Source: a virus. From it: a DNA stretch of 64,000 nucleotides. The stretch lies in the IMG/VR virus record IMGVR_UViG_3300009159_000033. One strand, 5' to 3'. The translations under genes were made by a program, and so were the position numbers. How positions within the stretch are numbered: the first letter of the stretch is position 1; the number at the start of each line of letters is the position of its first letter. Below are positions 35,130-45,283 of this stretch, in pieces. The notes under the pieces are model-generated. The model did not search any database. It was given only the letters and a program-made list of their open reading frames with translations, and was not told the origin of the DNA.

Positions 35130-35831
35130 ATGGACTCACCGGCTAAACCACAAGATGATAAGTTTTATGAGTTTAAAGCATTTCGTGTGCCAAAGTATCG
35201 AATAGAATTTCAACGAGCAGGGAAGCTCGAAGATATTCCCGGATATGTTTGGTACACGCCTGCTGCCTTATATCTGTATGGCAGATATACAGATACAAAT
35301 TTGGCAGATTTAGTGCAGCTGCATAATTTAAAAATCTTTTGGTACAAGTTTGAAAAACCAATCTTTAATGGGTTCAAGTTTAATGAAGATCCCAGCTGGA
35401 ATCATGTATTATGGGCTGCGAGCACTGAACAATGGAGTAAGTTAGTGGACGGCATTTTAGAATCTGTCCAATTTGATCTTAAAAATTCAAAGCTTTATCA
35501 ATATGCTTTGCAGCAGTTAACCATATATGATCCTTTGTCTGTAGATAACAAGCGTATTGTGTCAGAACTTACTCCTACAATAAAAGTACATGCTTTTGCA
35601 GTGTTGAGCAATGAAAAGCAATATGCTTTTGATGTTCGAAATAAAGATGTGCGATTGCTTCCGGCTATGTCTAGTTTTAAGCCAGATCCTTTGCATGTAA
35701 TGGCAGCACAGCGTCTTTTTTCTTCTCCGAATATGACTCAAGATAAAGCTTTTAATCGTTACAAAGAAATCTTAGTTAGCGAGCAAGATGCTGAGTTTCG
35801 TAAAAAGAATATGAAGAAAGGAACATCATGA
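35130..35831 (+). CDS. Hypothetical protein
   Basis: 233-aa ORF; ATGA overlap downstream. Confidence 0.78.
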   Translation: MDSPAKPQDDKFYEFKAFRVPKYRIEFQRAGKLEDIPGYVWYTPAALYLYGRYTDTNLADLVQLHNLKIFWYKFEKPIFNGFKFNEDPSWNHVLWAASTEQWSKLVDGILESVQFDLKNSKLYQYALQQLTIYDPLSVDNKRIVSELTPTIKVHAFAVLSNEKQYAFDVRNKDVRLLPAMSSFKPDPLHVMAAQRLFSSPNMTQDKAFNRYKEILVSEQDAEFRKKNMKKGTS

Positions 35832-36067
35832 GTAAGTCTGTAGATTTTCCATTACAATCTTTGCGACAGTTTATGCTGCCGGATCAAACTGTGCAGTTAA
35901 AGACTTTTCAAGCAAAAGACATACAACAGTTAGATATTCAAATTAATGCTTGGGTGCAAAAGACCAAAAGCATTATTGCAGTGCCTGGACCTTTGGTAAC
36001 TAATGCAGAAGGCGTAGCGTTAAGCTTAACATTTGTAGACGCAGCAGAAGGGATATCCAATGGCTAA
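35828..36067 (+). CDS. Hypothetical protein
   Basis: AAGGA RBS; 79 aa. Confidence 0.7.
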   Translation: MSKSVDFPLQSLRQFMLPDQTVQLKTFQAKDIQQLDIQINAWVQKTKSIIAVPGPLVTNAEGVALSLTFVDAAEGISNG

Positions 36068-36653
36068 GGTTAACAACGAAAAGTGGGAAGCTTATAAAGT
36101 TTCTATTCCCGGCCTAGAATCTCTGTTAAAGCCAGCACTTACAGCCCCATCTGACTCAGACATAGAATATAACTCTTTAACAGAGAAACTGCCTTCAGAT
36201 GTACTTGCACAGATGCAAGACACAAAACAGGGAGCTAACGAACAAGTGTGGGGGGCTAGCATAGCACATCACTGGTGCTTATGTGATATGCAAGAAGGGG
36301 ATTTTCCCAGAGTACATATCTACCCAAACTTGCAAAGCTTAACCGAAGCTATAGCTAAACGAGAAGGAAAAGAAACTGCTGTTTGGGCAATGTATGGTAT
36401 ACCTTTACAGTTGACTAAGCCAATCCTCAAACCTAATGGGGATAAGCAGCGTTATTTGTTGTTACCTAATCAAATGGCGGTTACTGTGGGAAGTAAAGAA
36501 GATTATAGAATGATGGAGCAATCATTATTGCCCGCTACGACTTTGGAAGAAACTGGATGGCTTGGCAATCCTTTGTACTTAGAATCACAACAGTTTTACA
36601 CGCCTGGCTTTGTGGATGATGACCAGTTTTCAGAAGAGCCAGACGAAGACTAA
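36060..36653 (+). CDS. Hypothetical protein
   Basis: 197-aa ORF. Confidence 0.75.
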   Translation: MAKVNNEKWEAYKVSIPGLESLLKPALTAPSDSDIEYNSLTEKLPSDVLAQMQDTKQGANEQVWGASIAHHWCLCDMQEGDFPRVHIYPNLQSLTEAIAKREGKETAVWAMYGIPLQLTKPILKPNGDKQRYLLLPNQMAVTVGSKEDYRMMEQSLLPATTLEETGWLGNPLYLESQQFYTPGFVDDDQFSEEPDED

Positions 36654-36682
36654 CTCTTTTTTTTAGCTATTGGACAACAATT

Positions 36683-37669
36683 ATGGCGGATAACTCAGTC
36701 AGATCTAATACCCCAGACCCTACACGCTACCACGCTAACCAGTCTGGTATGACTGGTACTATGATACCGAGGTCGGGGATGGATGGCCAATCTTTAGGAT
36801 TTGATCCTAATCAGCCTCAAACTGTAATAGTAGATCCTGGGGTAGAAGGTGGTGGTTTTGTTTTAGATTTAAAAGCTGCATCTTCTTCCCGACCTCAGTT
36901 TAATGCCGAGGCAAGGCGTAGCAATGTAATTAACGATGTGCATTCGTTTTACAAAGGGCTGAGCCAGCAGGTGGCGGTAGACGAAAAGATAACCCATAAT
37001 GAAAAGGAACTGCTTGTGGACGAACCTCTTAAACCTTTAAACTTTTCTGCACCAAGCAACGATTTTGAAGAAACTTCTCAACCTCAAATTGAAAACAATC
37101 CAACTGTTAAGCTTGCTGAAGAAATTCAAAACTTGCTGCAAGCTGAGTTACCTAGAGTGCAAGACACACGAACAAAAGTACAAAATCGTAGAATGGAAGT
37201 AGAAGCGTCGATTGCGGCTATATCTTCAAAATCTACTCCGCAGCAATTATCTGACCAAACCAATCTATTAAATGCACTCGTGGGCAGAGTAAATAGGTTA
37301 AGTGCTGCTTCTGCTGAAAACAAAGAAATGCCAGATTCGATTCAAACAGCATTTTCTAAGTTACAAATTCCATTCTTTTCTGGGGTCAAACCAGAAAGAC
37401 CACAATATGAAGTCTATTTTGAAATGGCAAAGTTGGGTACAATATCTGCAAGGTATCACGCAGTGATTGCCGGTGATGCTTGTGTTGCGCTGGTTTATGA
37501 CACTAGATTTGAAGATGGTTTTCAATATTTACCGCCCAATCTAGGTGAAGAGCAGATTATGGTTTCTGTCCCAAAGACAAAAGAAACTTATTCATGTTCA
37601 TCACTTGGGTTACACTGGTCGCTTGGTTGTTTAGATGTAGTTATTTTAATTAGATATAAGGAGGATTAG
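36683..37669 (+). CDS. Hypothetical protein
   Basis: 328-aa ORF. Confidence 0.78.
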   Translation: MADNSVRSNTPDPTRYHANQSGMTGTMIPRSGMDGQSLGFDPNQPQTVIVDPGVEGGGFVLDLKAASSSRPQFNAEARRSNVINDVHSFYKGLSQQVAVDEKITHNEKELLVDEPLKPLNFSAPSNDFEETSQPQIENNPTVKLAEEIQNLLQAELPRVQDTRTKVQNRRMEVEASIAAISSKSTPQQLSDQTNLLNALVGRVNRLSAASAENKEMPDSIQTAFSKLQIPFFSGVKPERPQYEVYFEMAKLGTISARYHAVIAGDACVALVYDTRFEDGFQYLPPNLGEEQIMVSVPKTKETYSCSSLGLHWSLGCLDVVILIRYKED

Positions 37670-37673
37670 TACA

Positions 37674-37883
37674 ATGGAAAAGAATGGAGCTATTAACGCA
37701 AACACACCTAGGTGTGGCGGTGGCTGTAGTTGCGGTGGCAACTGTAGCTGCAAAGCTAAAACAGCTAGTGCAAAACAACTTTTGTTATTTCCAGAGACTA
37801 ACGAAGTTGCAGACAACCTAGATCAAGATTTGATTAAACAAGCAGTAGAAATAGTTAAAGTGAATAGTAATCCAGCTCATTGA
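37674..37883 (+). CDS. Small Cys-rich protein
   Basis: GGAGGA RBS; CGGGCSCGGNCSC. Confidence 0.7.
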   Translation: MEKNGAINANTPRCGGGCSCGGNCSCKAKTASAKQLLLFPETNEVADNLDQDLIKQAVEIVKVNSNPAH

Positions 37884-37916
37884 TTAGCTGTGCATAATTG
37901 CTAGGGGGAAACAGTA

Positions 37917-39812
37917 ATGTCAATGATGTCTTCGGGCAGCCCATTCTTTAATCGTAGCACCACTAACACTGGTTTTGCTGACCCTTTCAATGACATAGCC
38001 ACTACGCAGATGCCGACTACTATGAAGTCGGCACTGTGGTGGTCTGAATACATTTGGACGGTGCAAGGTACCTACCGCATGGCAATGGAACGCATTGTCA
38101 GCTATTTCATCACAGATATTGAGATAGGTGGCGATGTAAGCGATGACGAGAAAACTAAATATTCTGATTTTTTAAATAAACAATTAAATGTATTAGCTTT
38201 TCTTGGTCAGCTTATGCGAGACCGTCTTTGTTATGGTAATTCCTTTGCTAGCGTAGTTGTTCCATTTCGTAGATTTCTGCGTAATCCAAAAACTGGGGAT
38301 ATCTACCCACTCAAGTATGTATTTGATAACTTTGATTTTAAGTTTACAGAAGACTTTAAGTTTGAAGCCACTTGCCCAAAAACTAAATGGCGTGGTGCTT
38401 GGATCGTAGAAGACAAGGCAAGAGAAGAATCTAAACATGTGATTCTAAAGCGATGGAGTCCTCATGAGATAGAAATTTTACATGATCCATATACGGATGA
38501 AGTTGCCTACTTGTGGCGTATCCCCGAGTACTATAAGAAAATGGTAAAAGATGGAAATCTGTTTCATTTAGAACGAGCGAGTAAACAAGTCCTTGAAGCT
38601 ATTCGCACAGACAAATTGTTTAGGTTCAACCCAGATGCTGTCTTTCACATGAAAGAGCCAACTTTGGCAGGTATCCGCAACCTTGGCTGGGGTCTTCCCC
38701 GCAGTTTAACCAACTATCGTCAAATATGGTATGTACAGGTTCTTCGTAGATACAACGAAGCAATTGCCTTGGACTATGTTATTCCATTCCGTCTAATCAC
38801 TCCCGCTGCACGCAGTGGTGGTTCTAATGCAGGTAGCGTAGCCACACAAGACCCGATGTCTATTTACTCAGCGGGGGACTTCCGCTCTCAAGTTAGACAA
38901 ATGATCAATAGACGCAGACGGGATCCAGCAGCTTGGCAGCTTCTGCCTTTCCCAGTCAATTATCAGATCCTTGGTGGTGACGCTAAACAGCTAGCTCCTA
39001 CAGAGTTGATACAGCAAGGCACTGAAGAACTATTAAATGAGTGTGGTACTCCTGTAGAGTTCTATCAAGGTTCTTTGTCGCTACAAGCTGCACCTGTGGC
39101 TCTTCGCCTTTTTGAAAGCACCCATCGTCAGTTAGTTACAGATGCAAACACTTTCTTGCAGTGGATGGTTACTACCCTTAGTCAAATTATGTCTTGGGAA
39201 TCTGTAGAGTGTAGCTTACAGAGAGTTACCACTGCAGATGATATGCAGAAACAAATGGCTGCGTTGCAGTTAATGATGGGTCAGCAGTTGTCTGGCACAA
39301 CAGGGCTTCGTGCTATGGGTTATAGTTGGGATTCCGAACAGAAGCTACTCGCAGAAGAAGCAAGCAAACAGCAAAAGATGCAAGCTCGACAAGCTGAAGA
39401 AGCAGAGCAAGCTGGATTCGCTGCACAAGTATCTAAAGGTGTTAATCCAGAAGCTGGGGCGGGTGCTCCTCCCGCTGGTGGTGCTCCTCCAGCCGGTGGC
39501 GGTCCTGCCCCAGCGGGTGCTGGTGGTGCGCTTGGTGGTGGTGTTCCAACGCCTGTTACCACTTATTTGCAATCAATGGGTCCAAATGCAGCTATTACCC
39601 CTAATGACTTACAATCAACCGCAGAACAGCTAGCTCAAGAGTTGTTAGGCATTCCTGAATCAATCAAAGATTCAGAACTGCGTAAACTTAAGCAAAATAA
39701 TGCTACGCTGCATTCGATTACGCGCACCAAGCTAGACGAAGCTCGCCAGAAGATGAAAGCACAGGGCGGAGCTATGTTGCAGCAACAGCTGCAGCAAGGT
39801 GGCGGAGGTTAA
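37917..39812 (+). CDS. Putative portal protein
   Basis: 631 aa; RDRLCYGNSF and GWGLP resemble portal motifs; Gln/Gly/Pro-rich tail. Recognition is by eye. Confidence 0.55.
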   Translation: MSMMSSGSPFFNRSTTNTGFADPFNDIATTQMPTTMKSALWWSEYIWTVQGTYRMAMERIVSYFITDIEIGGDVSDDEKTKYSDFLNKQLNVLAFLGQLMRDRLCYGNSFASVVVPFRRFLRNPKTGDIYPLKYVFDNFDFKFTEDFKFEATCPKTKWRGAWIVEDKAREESKHVILKRWSPHEIEILHDPYTDEVAYLWRIPEYYKKMVKDGNLFHLERASKQVLEAIRTDKLFRFNPDAVFHMKEPTLAGIRNLGWGLPRSLTNYRQIWYVQVLRRYNEAIALDYVIPFRLITPAARSGGSNAGSVATQDPMSIYSAGDFRSQVRQMINRRRRDPAAWQLLPFPVNYQILGGDAKQLAPTELIQQGTEELLNECGTPVEFYQGSLSLQAAPVALRLFESTHRQLVTDANTFLQWMVTTLSQIMSWESVECSLQRVTTADDMQKQMAALQLMMGQQLSGTTGLRAMGYSWDSEQKLLAEEASKQQKMQARQAEEAEQAGFAAQVSKGVNPEAGAGAPPAGGAPPAGGGPAPAGAGGALGGGVPTPVTTYLQSMGPNAAITPNDLQSTAEQLAQELLGIPESIKDSELRKLKQNNATLHSITRTKLDEARQKMKAQGGAMLQQQLQQGGGG

Positions 39813-39823
39813 AAAGAAAGATC

Positions 39824-40621
39824 GTGCCAAAAATTGGGTTTATTTGCCCTGTGTACAATGCTACGGTTTTTGCAAATTATACGCAAAAAGCTTTAAAATC
39901 TTTTTTTGATACTACTCCAGATGGTGTAGCTATCGTTGTAAACGATGGTTCAGCCGGGTGGAGTGATGCTTATGAGCAATCTTTATTAAAGCTAGCAGAT
40001 AGTTATCCTATTGTTTCTTTATACATTTTAAAATTTTACACATCTGGTGGCCTAACCCGAAGCTGGAATGCGGGGTTGGCTAAAGCTGCGGAACTCAACT
40101 TAGACTATGCCATTGCTGGTAATAATGACATAATTTTCTCAGATGGTTGGCATAAAGGAATGATACATGCGTTAGCCAATGGTTATTCGTTAGTAGGCCC
40201 AACTTCTAACGCACCTGGAGTTACAGCGAAAGGCAAGCAAAATATAGAGTTATATGTGCCTAATTACCAGCTCACCGATAATTTGATAGAGGTAAATAAG
40301 GTCGCAGCCCAATTGCAGCAATTGCATTTTAACGAAGTTTTAGAACGCAGTGTTAATGGGTTTTTCCTAATGGCAACTGTAGAATCATGGAATAATGGAA
40401 AATTTGACGAACATCATTTTTTCAGACCTAAAAACAAATATACATCTAAAGGAAAAGTTATCCCAACTCCCACGATGGTCGGGAATGAAGATGAACTGCA
40501 AGGAAGATGGGCTAAAAAAGGTATGAAATCTGGAATTGCTTTGAGCACTTTTATTTTTCATTATCGGTCTGTCTCTAGAGGAGACAAATATAAGAAAGGA
40601 AAATGGTATCGACAAGCATGA
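39824..40621 (+). CDS. Glycosyltransferase family 2
   Basis: ICPVYN, VNDGS, SWNAGL, GNNDI, GNEDE. Confidence 0.8.
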   Translation: MPKIGFICPVYNATVFANYTQKALKSFFDTTPDGVAIVVNDGSAGWSDAYEQSLLKLADSYPIVSLYILKFYTSGGLTRSWNAGLAKAAELNLDYAIAGNNDIIFSDGWHKGMIHALANGYSLVGPTSNAPGVTAKGKQNIELYVPNYQLTDNLIEVNKVAAQLQQLHFNEVLERSVNGFFLMATVESWNNGKFDEHHFFRPKNKYTSKGKVIPTPTMVGNEDELQGRWAKKGMKSGIALSTFIFHYRSVSRGDKYKKGKWYRQA

Positions 40622-41346
40622 CTAAAACATTAATTTACAGCTGTATTGCAGGTGACTTCGAAGACGCTACAAAAGGCGTATTGTCTTCAATGGCTCCAAT
40701 GGAAAAAGATGCAGTATATGTATTATACACCGATCAAATAATTAAAAATGCTGTAAAAACAAATCAAAATTGTTTGCAATATCAGGTTCCAAATGGAAAT
40801 ATTCTTTGGCAAATTAAACCTTTAGTTTGGGAACATCCTTTTTGTAAAAGACGCACAGCTCGTTTTTGCAAAATTAACCCTCACATTTTTTGCGAAGATG
40901 AAATAACACACACTATATGGATGGATGGTACTCAAGTTATCAAAGAAAATATGGAACTAGCTAAAAATATGTTGCCATTATTAGGTGACAATTTCGTGGC
41001 TGCGTTTAAACATTATGAGCGTAATTGTATTTATCAAGAATTAAACATGTGCATAAAGTTAAAAAAAGATAACAAAACATTAATGCAGCAACAGATTGCA
41101 AAATATCAAAAAGAGAATTATCCCGCTTACAATGGTCTAGTTGAAACAGGTTGTTTGATACGCAAACAAGGAAAGGAAGCAGCTGAGTTTAATAACCATT
41201 GGTGGAATGAAATTACGCAGAACAGCTATAGAGATCAGTTAAGTTTTAATTATGTGATGTGGAAATATAATCAAAATTATAGTCTAATCCCAGAGCAACC
41301 TCGTAAATGTAAATTTTTCCATCATGTGTCGCACTCAAACAGATAA
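40618..41346 (+). CDS. DUF616-like glycosyltransferase
   Basis: YSCIAGDFE, RFCKINPH, IWMDG, H..RNCIYQE, RDQLSFNYVMW. Confidence 0.78.
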   Translation: MTKTLIYSCIAGDFEDATKGVLSSMAPMEKDAVYVLYTDQIIKNAVKTNQNCLQYQVPNGNILWQIKPLVWEHPFCKRRTARFCKINPHIFCEDEITHTIWMDGTQVIKENMELAKNMLPLLGDNFVAAFKHYERNCIYQELNMCIKLKKDNKTLMQQQIAKYQKENYPAYNGLVETGCLIRKQGKEAAEFNNHWWNEITQNSYRDQLSFNYVMWKYNQNYSLIPEQPRKCKFFHHVSHSNR

Positions 41347-41365
41347 TTCAAGCCTAGGAGTTATC

Positions 41366-42430
41366 ATGCTTAAAGTTGGAATTTTTGCACCTTATGTTCG
41401 CAATGAAACCACTTTAGCAGCTGTGCAGATAGCAGATTGGTTAATACGTTGTGGCATTGAAGTAGAGTTCCTAGCTGATGGCAAAGTCTCAAAAGGTATT
41501 CACCCAGTATGGGATAACAAGGTTAAGCGAGCAAATGAAGACTCAATTCACCATTGGGCTTTTCAAGCAACACATCTATGCTGGTTCAGTCCTAACCTAT
41601 GGGCATTACAAGAAGCTAAGTTGGTAAGTTCATTCAGCCCAAAGTATCAGACTCTTCATTACTATTTTCCTTATTGGGGTATGTGGAATGAATATAACTC
41701 AATATTCTTGAAAATGGCGGATCGAGTCATTTGTTTAAGTCATGACTTATCTAACTGGTTAGACAAGCATCAAGGTAAAGTGTTGCCTAACCGCACTTGG
41801 GCTAACTTAGTGGTTTCAGATAAGTTGTTGTCTCCGAAGAGTGGTTGGGTACAGCCTGGCATACAAAAATTCTTAATTGTCGTATCTAAATCAGTAAAAT
41901 TAGATTTAGGGCCAGAGCTACTCGACATATTTTATTCACTTTTAGACAATTACAGTGGGACTAGATTTACTTTTTTGTTAGAACATTCCATGCCCCGCAG
42001 ATATCGTACAGATATCAAAAACTTGCAGCAGGCTTACCCTAATCGAGTTGCTTGTGTGACTAGCCCGCCTTACTATGATTACAGTAATCTAGCACGGCAG
42101 CATGACTGGGTTTACATGGCTAGCACTCGTTATACTTATGGATCTGTGATGGCAGCCTTGGTTAGTAGTTCTTCAGTTTTGGCTTGTCATGACATTCCCC
42201 CAGTAGGAGCCCATGTAATAGATGATTCAAATGGTAAGTTAATTGTGTGTGGGCTAGATGAGCAGCCCGCTCCTATTGCTGAAGTGTCTTTAGATGATGT
42301 GGAAATCGCCTTATCAGAGTTAGCTGAGGTGCCCACAGAGCTGCTGGAGTCTATGCAATTAGTTACAGCAGAGTACATACGCAAGAAACAGAAAGCTTTT
42401 GAATGGTTCATTTGCAACGAGTTTGTGTGA
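41366..42430 (+). CDS. Possible GT-B glycosyltransferase-like protein
   Basis: AGGAG RBS; context between glycosyltransferases; GT-B similarity is weak. Confidence 0.45.
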   Translation: MLKVGIFAPYVRNETTLAAVQIADWLIRCGIEVEFLADGKVSKGIHPVWDNKVKRANEDSIHHWAFQATHLCWFSPNLWALQEAKLVSSFSPKYQTLHYYFPYWGMWNEYNSIFLKMADRVICLSHDLSNWLDKHQGKVLPNRTWANLVVSDKLLSPKSGWVQPGIQKFLIVVSKSVKLDLGPELLDIFYSLLDNYSGTRFTFLLEHSMPRRYRTDIKNLQQAYPNRVACVTSPPYYDYSNLARQHDWVYMASTRYTYGSVMAALVSSSSVLACHDIPPVGAHVIDDSNGKLIVCGLDEQPAPIAEVSLDDVEIALSELAEVPTELLESMQLVTAEYIRKKQKAFEWFICNEFV

Positions 42431-42993
42431 CCAAGCATGTGTTAGTAGCAGGTACTCCCGGAGCTTGGACTAATCATGTGGCTAAACGCTTGCACAATTT
42501 TGGCTGGGCTGTGCTCTGGCCCAACCAAGACATAGAAATGCCACATATTCGTTTCTACTATGACCATGACTTCCAAAATTACGAAGCACAGAAGATTCAT
42601 GAAAGTATTTGTGAGAAACATGGGGTTAGTTGTTTAAGTGATAAGCTTCCTACTTATTACGATCCACCATTTCCGGGCCCATCTGAGTTTATTGCAAAGT
42701 TTGATAGCCCTGCTGTTATTTCCGCAACAACGATAGCCCCATTTTTAGATTTGTGGGCTAATACAACTAATGTTGTAATAGATATACAAGCAACAGAGGC
42801 AGAAGATAAAGCCATGATTGAACGTTGGACAAAGAGTTCATTTACCTCCGACTATATAAAATCTATCTGTAATTGTTATCATAATAGGTATAATGCTCAC
42901 TTGAAATTGTTTAGTAAAGTTTTCACAATGACAAACGCAGAAGTTAAGGACAGGCATTTTAATAAGTTAGATAAGTTTCTAACCTCTATTTAA
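42403..42993 (+). CDS. Hypothetical, possibly degenerate sulfotransferase-fold protein
   Basis: VLVAGTPGAWTNHVAKRLHNFG resembles the sulfotransferase P-loop-like start; start uncertain. Confidence 0.4.
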   Translation: MVHLQRVCVTKHVLVAGTPGAWTNHVAKRLHNFGWAVLWPNQDIEMPHIRFYYDHDFQNYEAQKIHESICEKHGVSCLSDKLPTYYDPPFPGPSEFIAKFDSPAVISATTIAPFLDLWANTTNVVIDIQATEAEDKAMIERWTKSSFTSDYIKSICNCYHNRYNAHLKLFSKVFTMTNAEVKDRHFNKLDKFLTSI

Positions 42994-43018
42994 TGTTTTT
43001 AAAACAAGGATAAACGCA

Positions 43019-44314
43019 ATGAGTAATTCAGATGGGTCGATTGAACAGCAAATGAAGGCATCGTTGAGCAAGGCATCGGGTGTGCCAATTGCCACTCCTC
43101 CAGTTGCTCCCCCGGTTGCCCCTATTGTCACACCTTCAATCGCACCCCCAGTTGCAGCCCCCGGTGTTGTGCACATAGGTAACATCGCTGCAGCATTGAA
43201 TCCTGCTGCCCATAAGCAAGCAGCAACCCAAGTAGTGGTAAACGATGCCTTTCCTTATGATGTCGCATTTAACATGGCATTTCTGGGGTCTGGGCAGGGC
43301 GGTGCTCGCTTAGCCTCCAGCTTCTGGTCCTTAGGCTATAGACGAGTGGCCTTATTCAATACCGCAGAAAGCGACTTCCAAGGTTTACCCGATGAGATTC
43401 AGCGACACACGCTGCAATTGGGTGGGGCTGCAAAAGATGCAAGGTTTGCTGAACAAGCCATAAATGGGCACGAAGAGGAAATCTGGGATCTGTTGCAACG
43501 TTCATGGGGCAACGATGTGGACTATGGCTTAATCTGTGTTGGCCTAGGTGGTGGTACTGGCTCTGGTACTAGCGGTAAGCTGGTACAAGTGGCTAGAGAG
43601 TACTTAGAGTCAAAAGGCAAGCCACCCCGAGTTGGAGTGATAGCTTCAATTCCGGCTTTTACGGAAGGTCAGCAAGTATGTCGCAATGCAGTTACATCCT
43701 TCCAAAGATTAATGGAGCTCAAAGTAAGCCCATTAATCTTGATTGACAATGCACGCATTAACCAACTGTATCGCCCAGGCATGGCACAGCTGTACAATGT
43801 GGCTAATAGCACAGTCAGTCAGCTATTCCATTTGTTTAATCAATTGGCTGCGGTACATAGCCCTTTAATCACCTTTGATCGCAGTGAGCTAGCTCAGTTA
43901 CTGGATCATGGTATCTGTGTGATGGGTGCAGCCAGCTTACAAAACATCACTAGCCCTGCAGACATCTCTGCAGCGATTAGGGATCAGCTCACTAACAATG
44001 TGTTAGCTGAGGTGGATTTAAAGCAAGGCACCAAGGGTGCTTGTCTGTTCGTAGGTGATCAGCATCACTTGGACAGCCTCGGTTTAGAGTACTTTGATGC
44101 AGGGTTCACGCAAATGAATCGTACATTGAAGGGTGGTACTAGTGTGGTGCATAGGGGTGTGTACATTGGCTCGTCGCCTGGGTTACAAGCTTATGCTATG
44201 ATTAGTGATCTTAAGCCACCCTTGCCTACCTTGGCAAAGTTGGCAAAAGAAGCTAATATTTCCAAAAGTCAGCTGACCAGTGGGTTAGCTCAGTTCCTCG
44301 GTGTGAATGATTAG
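43019..44314 (+). CDS. Tubulin/FtsZ family GTPase (PhuZ/TubZ-like)
   Basis: FLGSGQGGARLA, NT..SD, GLGGGTGSG signature, LIDN; Pro/Ala-rich N-terminal extension. Confidence 0.88.
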   Translation: MSNSDGSIEQQMKASLSKASGVPIATPPVAPPVAPIVTPSIAPPVAAPGVVHIGNIAAALNPAAHKQAATQVVVNDAFPYDVAFNMAFLGSGQGGARLASSFWSLGYRRVALFNTAESDFQGLPDEIQRHTLQLGGAAKDARFAEQAINGHEEEIWDLLQRSWGNDVDYGLICVGLGGGTGSGTSGKLVQVAREYLESKGKPPRVGVIASIPAFTEGQQVCRNAVTSFQRLMELKVSPLILIDNARINQLYRPGMAQLYNVANSTVSQLFHLFNQLAAVHSPLITFDRSELAQLLDHGICVMGAASLQNITSPADISAAIRDQLTNNVLAEVDLKQGTKGACLFVGDQHHLDSLGLEYFDAGFTQMNRTLKGGTSVVHRGVYIGSSPGLQAYAMISDLKPPLPTLAKLAKEANISKSQLTSGLAQFLGVND

Positions 44315-44326
44315 GAAAGGATTGAT

Positions 44327-44632
44327 ATGAATAGTGTTATAAACGGAAAATCTGGAGAGCTTCCCGATTTGATTGCTTTCTTGACTACGGCATATCGTAA
44401 AGAAATCAAGATTCCCGAAGGTGTTCAAGATTCTTCAGATGCTTTTGTTAGCTGGGCAAAGAGCTATCTAGCCAAATATCGCCCTAGCGAAGTATTTGCT
44501 GTAGATAACAACTATGGGGTACAATTAAACAATGGGCAGCGTCTTCAAATCAGTCCTAGTGCCTCTGTAGATGGGGCTGTAGCTGGTAAGATGGCGAGCC
44601 AAGATTCATCGATTGCAATCTTTAATAGTTAG
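44327..44632 (+). CDS. Hypothetical protein
   Basis: AAAGGA RBS; 101 aa. Confidence 0.72.
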   Translation: MNSVINGKSGELPDLIAFLTTAYRKEIKIPEGVQDSSDAFVSWAKSYLAKYRPSEVFAVDNNYGVQLNNGQRLQISPSASVDGAVAGKMASQDSSIAIFNS

Positions 44633-44649
44633 TGTTTTGCCTTATTAGC

Positions 44650-44684
44650 AGCGGGATTGAACGAATTCAACCCGCTATTTTGTT
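44650..44684 (+). terminator. Intrinsic terminator
   Basis: AGCGGGATTGAA-CGAA-TTCAACCCGCT followed by ATTTTGTTT. Confidence 0.65.
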
Positions 44685-44715
44685 TCGTTACCATGTATAG
44701 AAAAAGAGGTATAAA

Positions 44716-45279
44716 ATGGACTCTGCACAGAAATTGCCTAGGTTGAGACGAGGTAGGAAGGGTTTAGGACTTAAAGAACTAATAGATTATATCAACAAAA
44801 TAGCTCCAACTAAGGAAATGACATTAGTAGAGATAGGAGCTTATGCAGGGGAATCTACATCTGTCTTTTGTGAGAATTTTAAAAGCGTAATCACAATTGA
44901 TCCTTATCTTAATGGATATGACCCCAGCAATAAAATTAGTTATATAGTTCCCATGTCTAGGGTGTATGAAGTATTTTGTCAAAATATGCAAAAATACGAT
45001 AACTATAGGCTAATACAAAAAAAATCTGATGAAGCTATTCTTGAGCTAGCTGATCAGCAATTTGATGTTATTTACATAGATGGTGCGCATCAGTATGAGC
45101 AAGCAAACAATGATATTATTAATTACAGCAAAATTGTAAAAGTAGGCGGGTTTATAACTGGTCATGATTATAACAAACGCTGGACTGGTGTTGTCCAAGC
45201 TGTATCTGAAAACTTTAACAAACCTGAAGTAAGATTTAGAGACTCAAGCTGGTTAGTAAGAAAAACTGAAAAGGTATAA
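44716..45279 (+). CDS. Class I SAM methyltransferase (Methyltransf_24-like), paralog 1
   Basis: EIGAYAGES, TIDPY, YIDGAHQYE, GHDY. Confidence 0.85.
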   Translation: MDSAQKLPRLRRGRKGLGLKELIDYINKIAPTKEMTLVEIGAYAGESTSVFCENFKSVITIDPYLNGYDPSNKISYIVPMSRVYEVFCQNMQKYDNYRLIQKKSDEAILELADQQFDVIYIDGAHQYEQANNDIINYSKIVKVGGFITGHDYNKRWTGVVQAVSENFNKPEVRFRDSSWLVRKTEKV

Positions 45280-45283
45280 TAGT

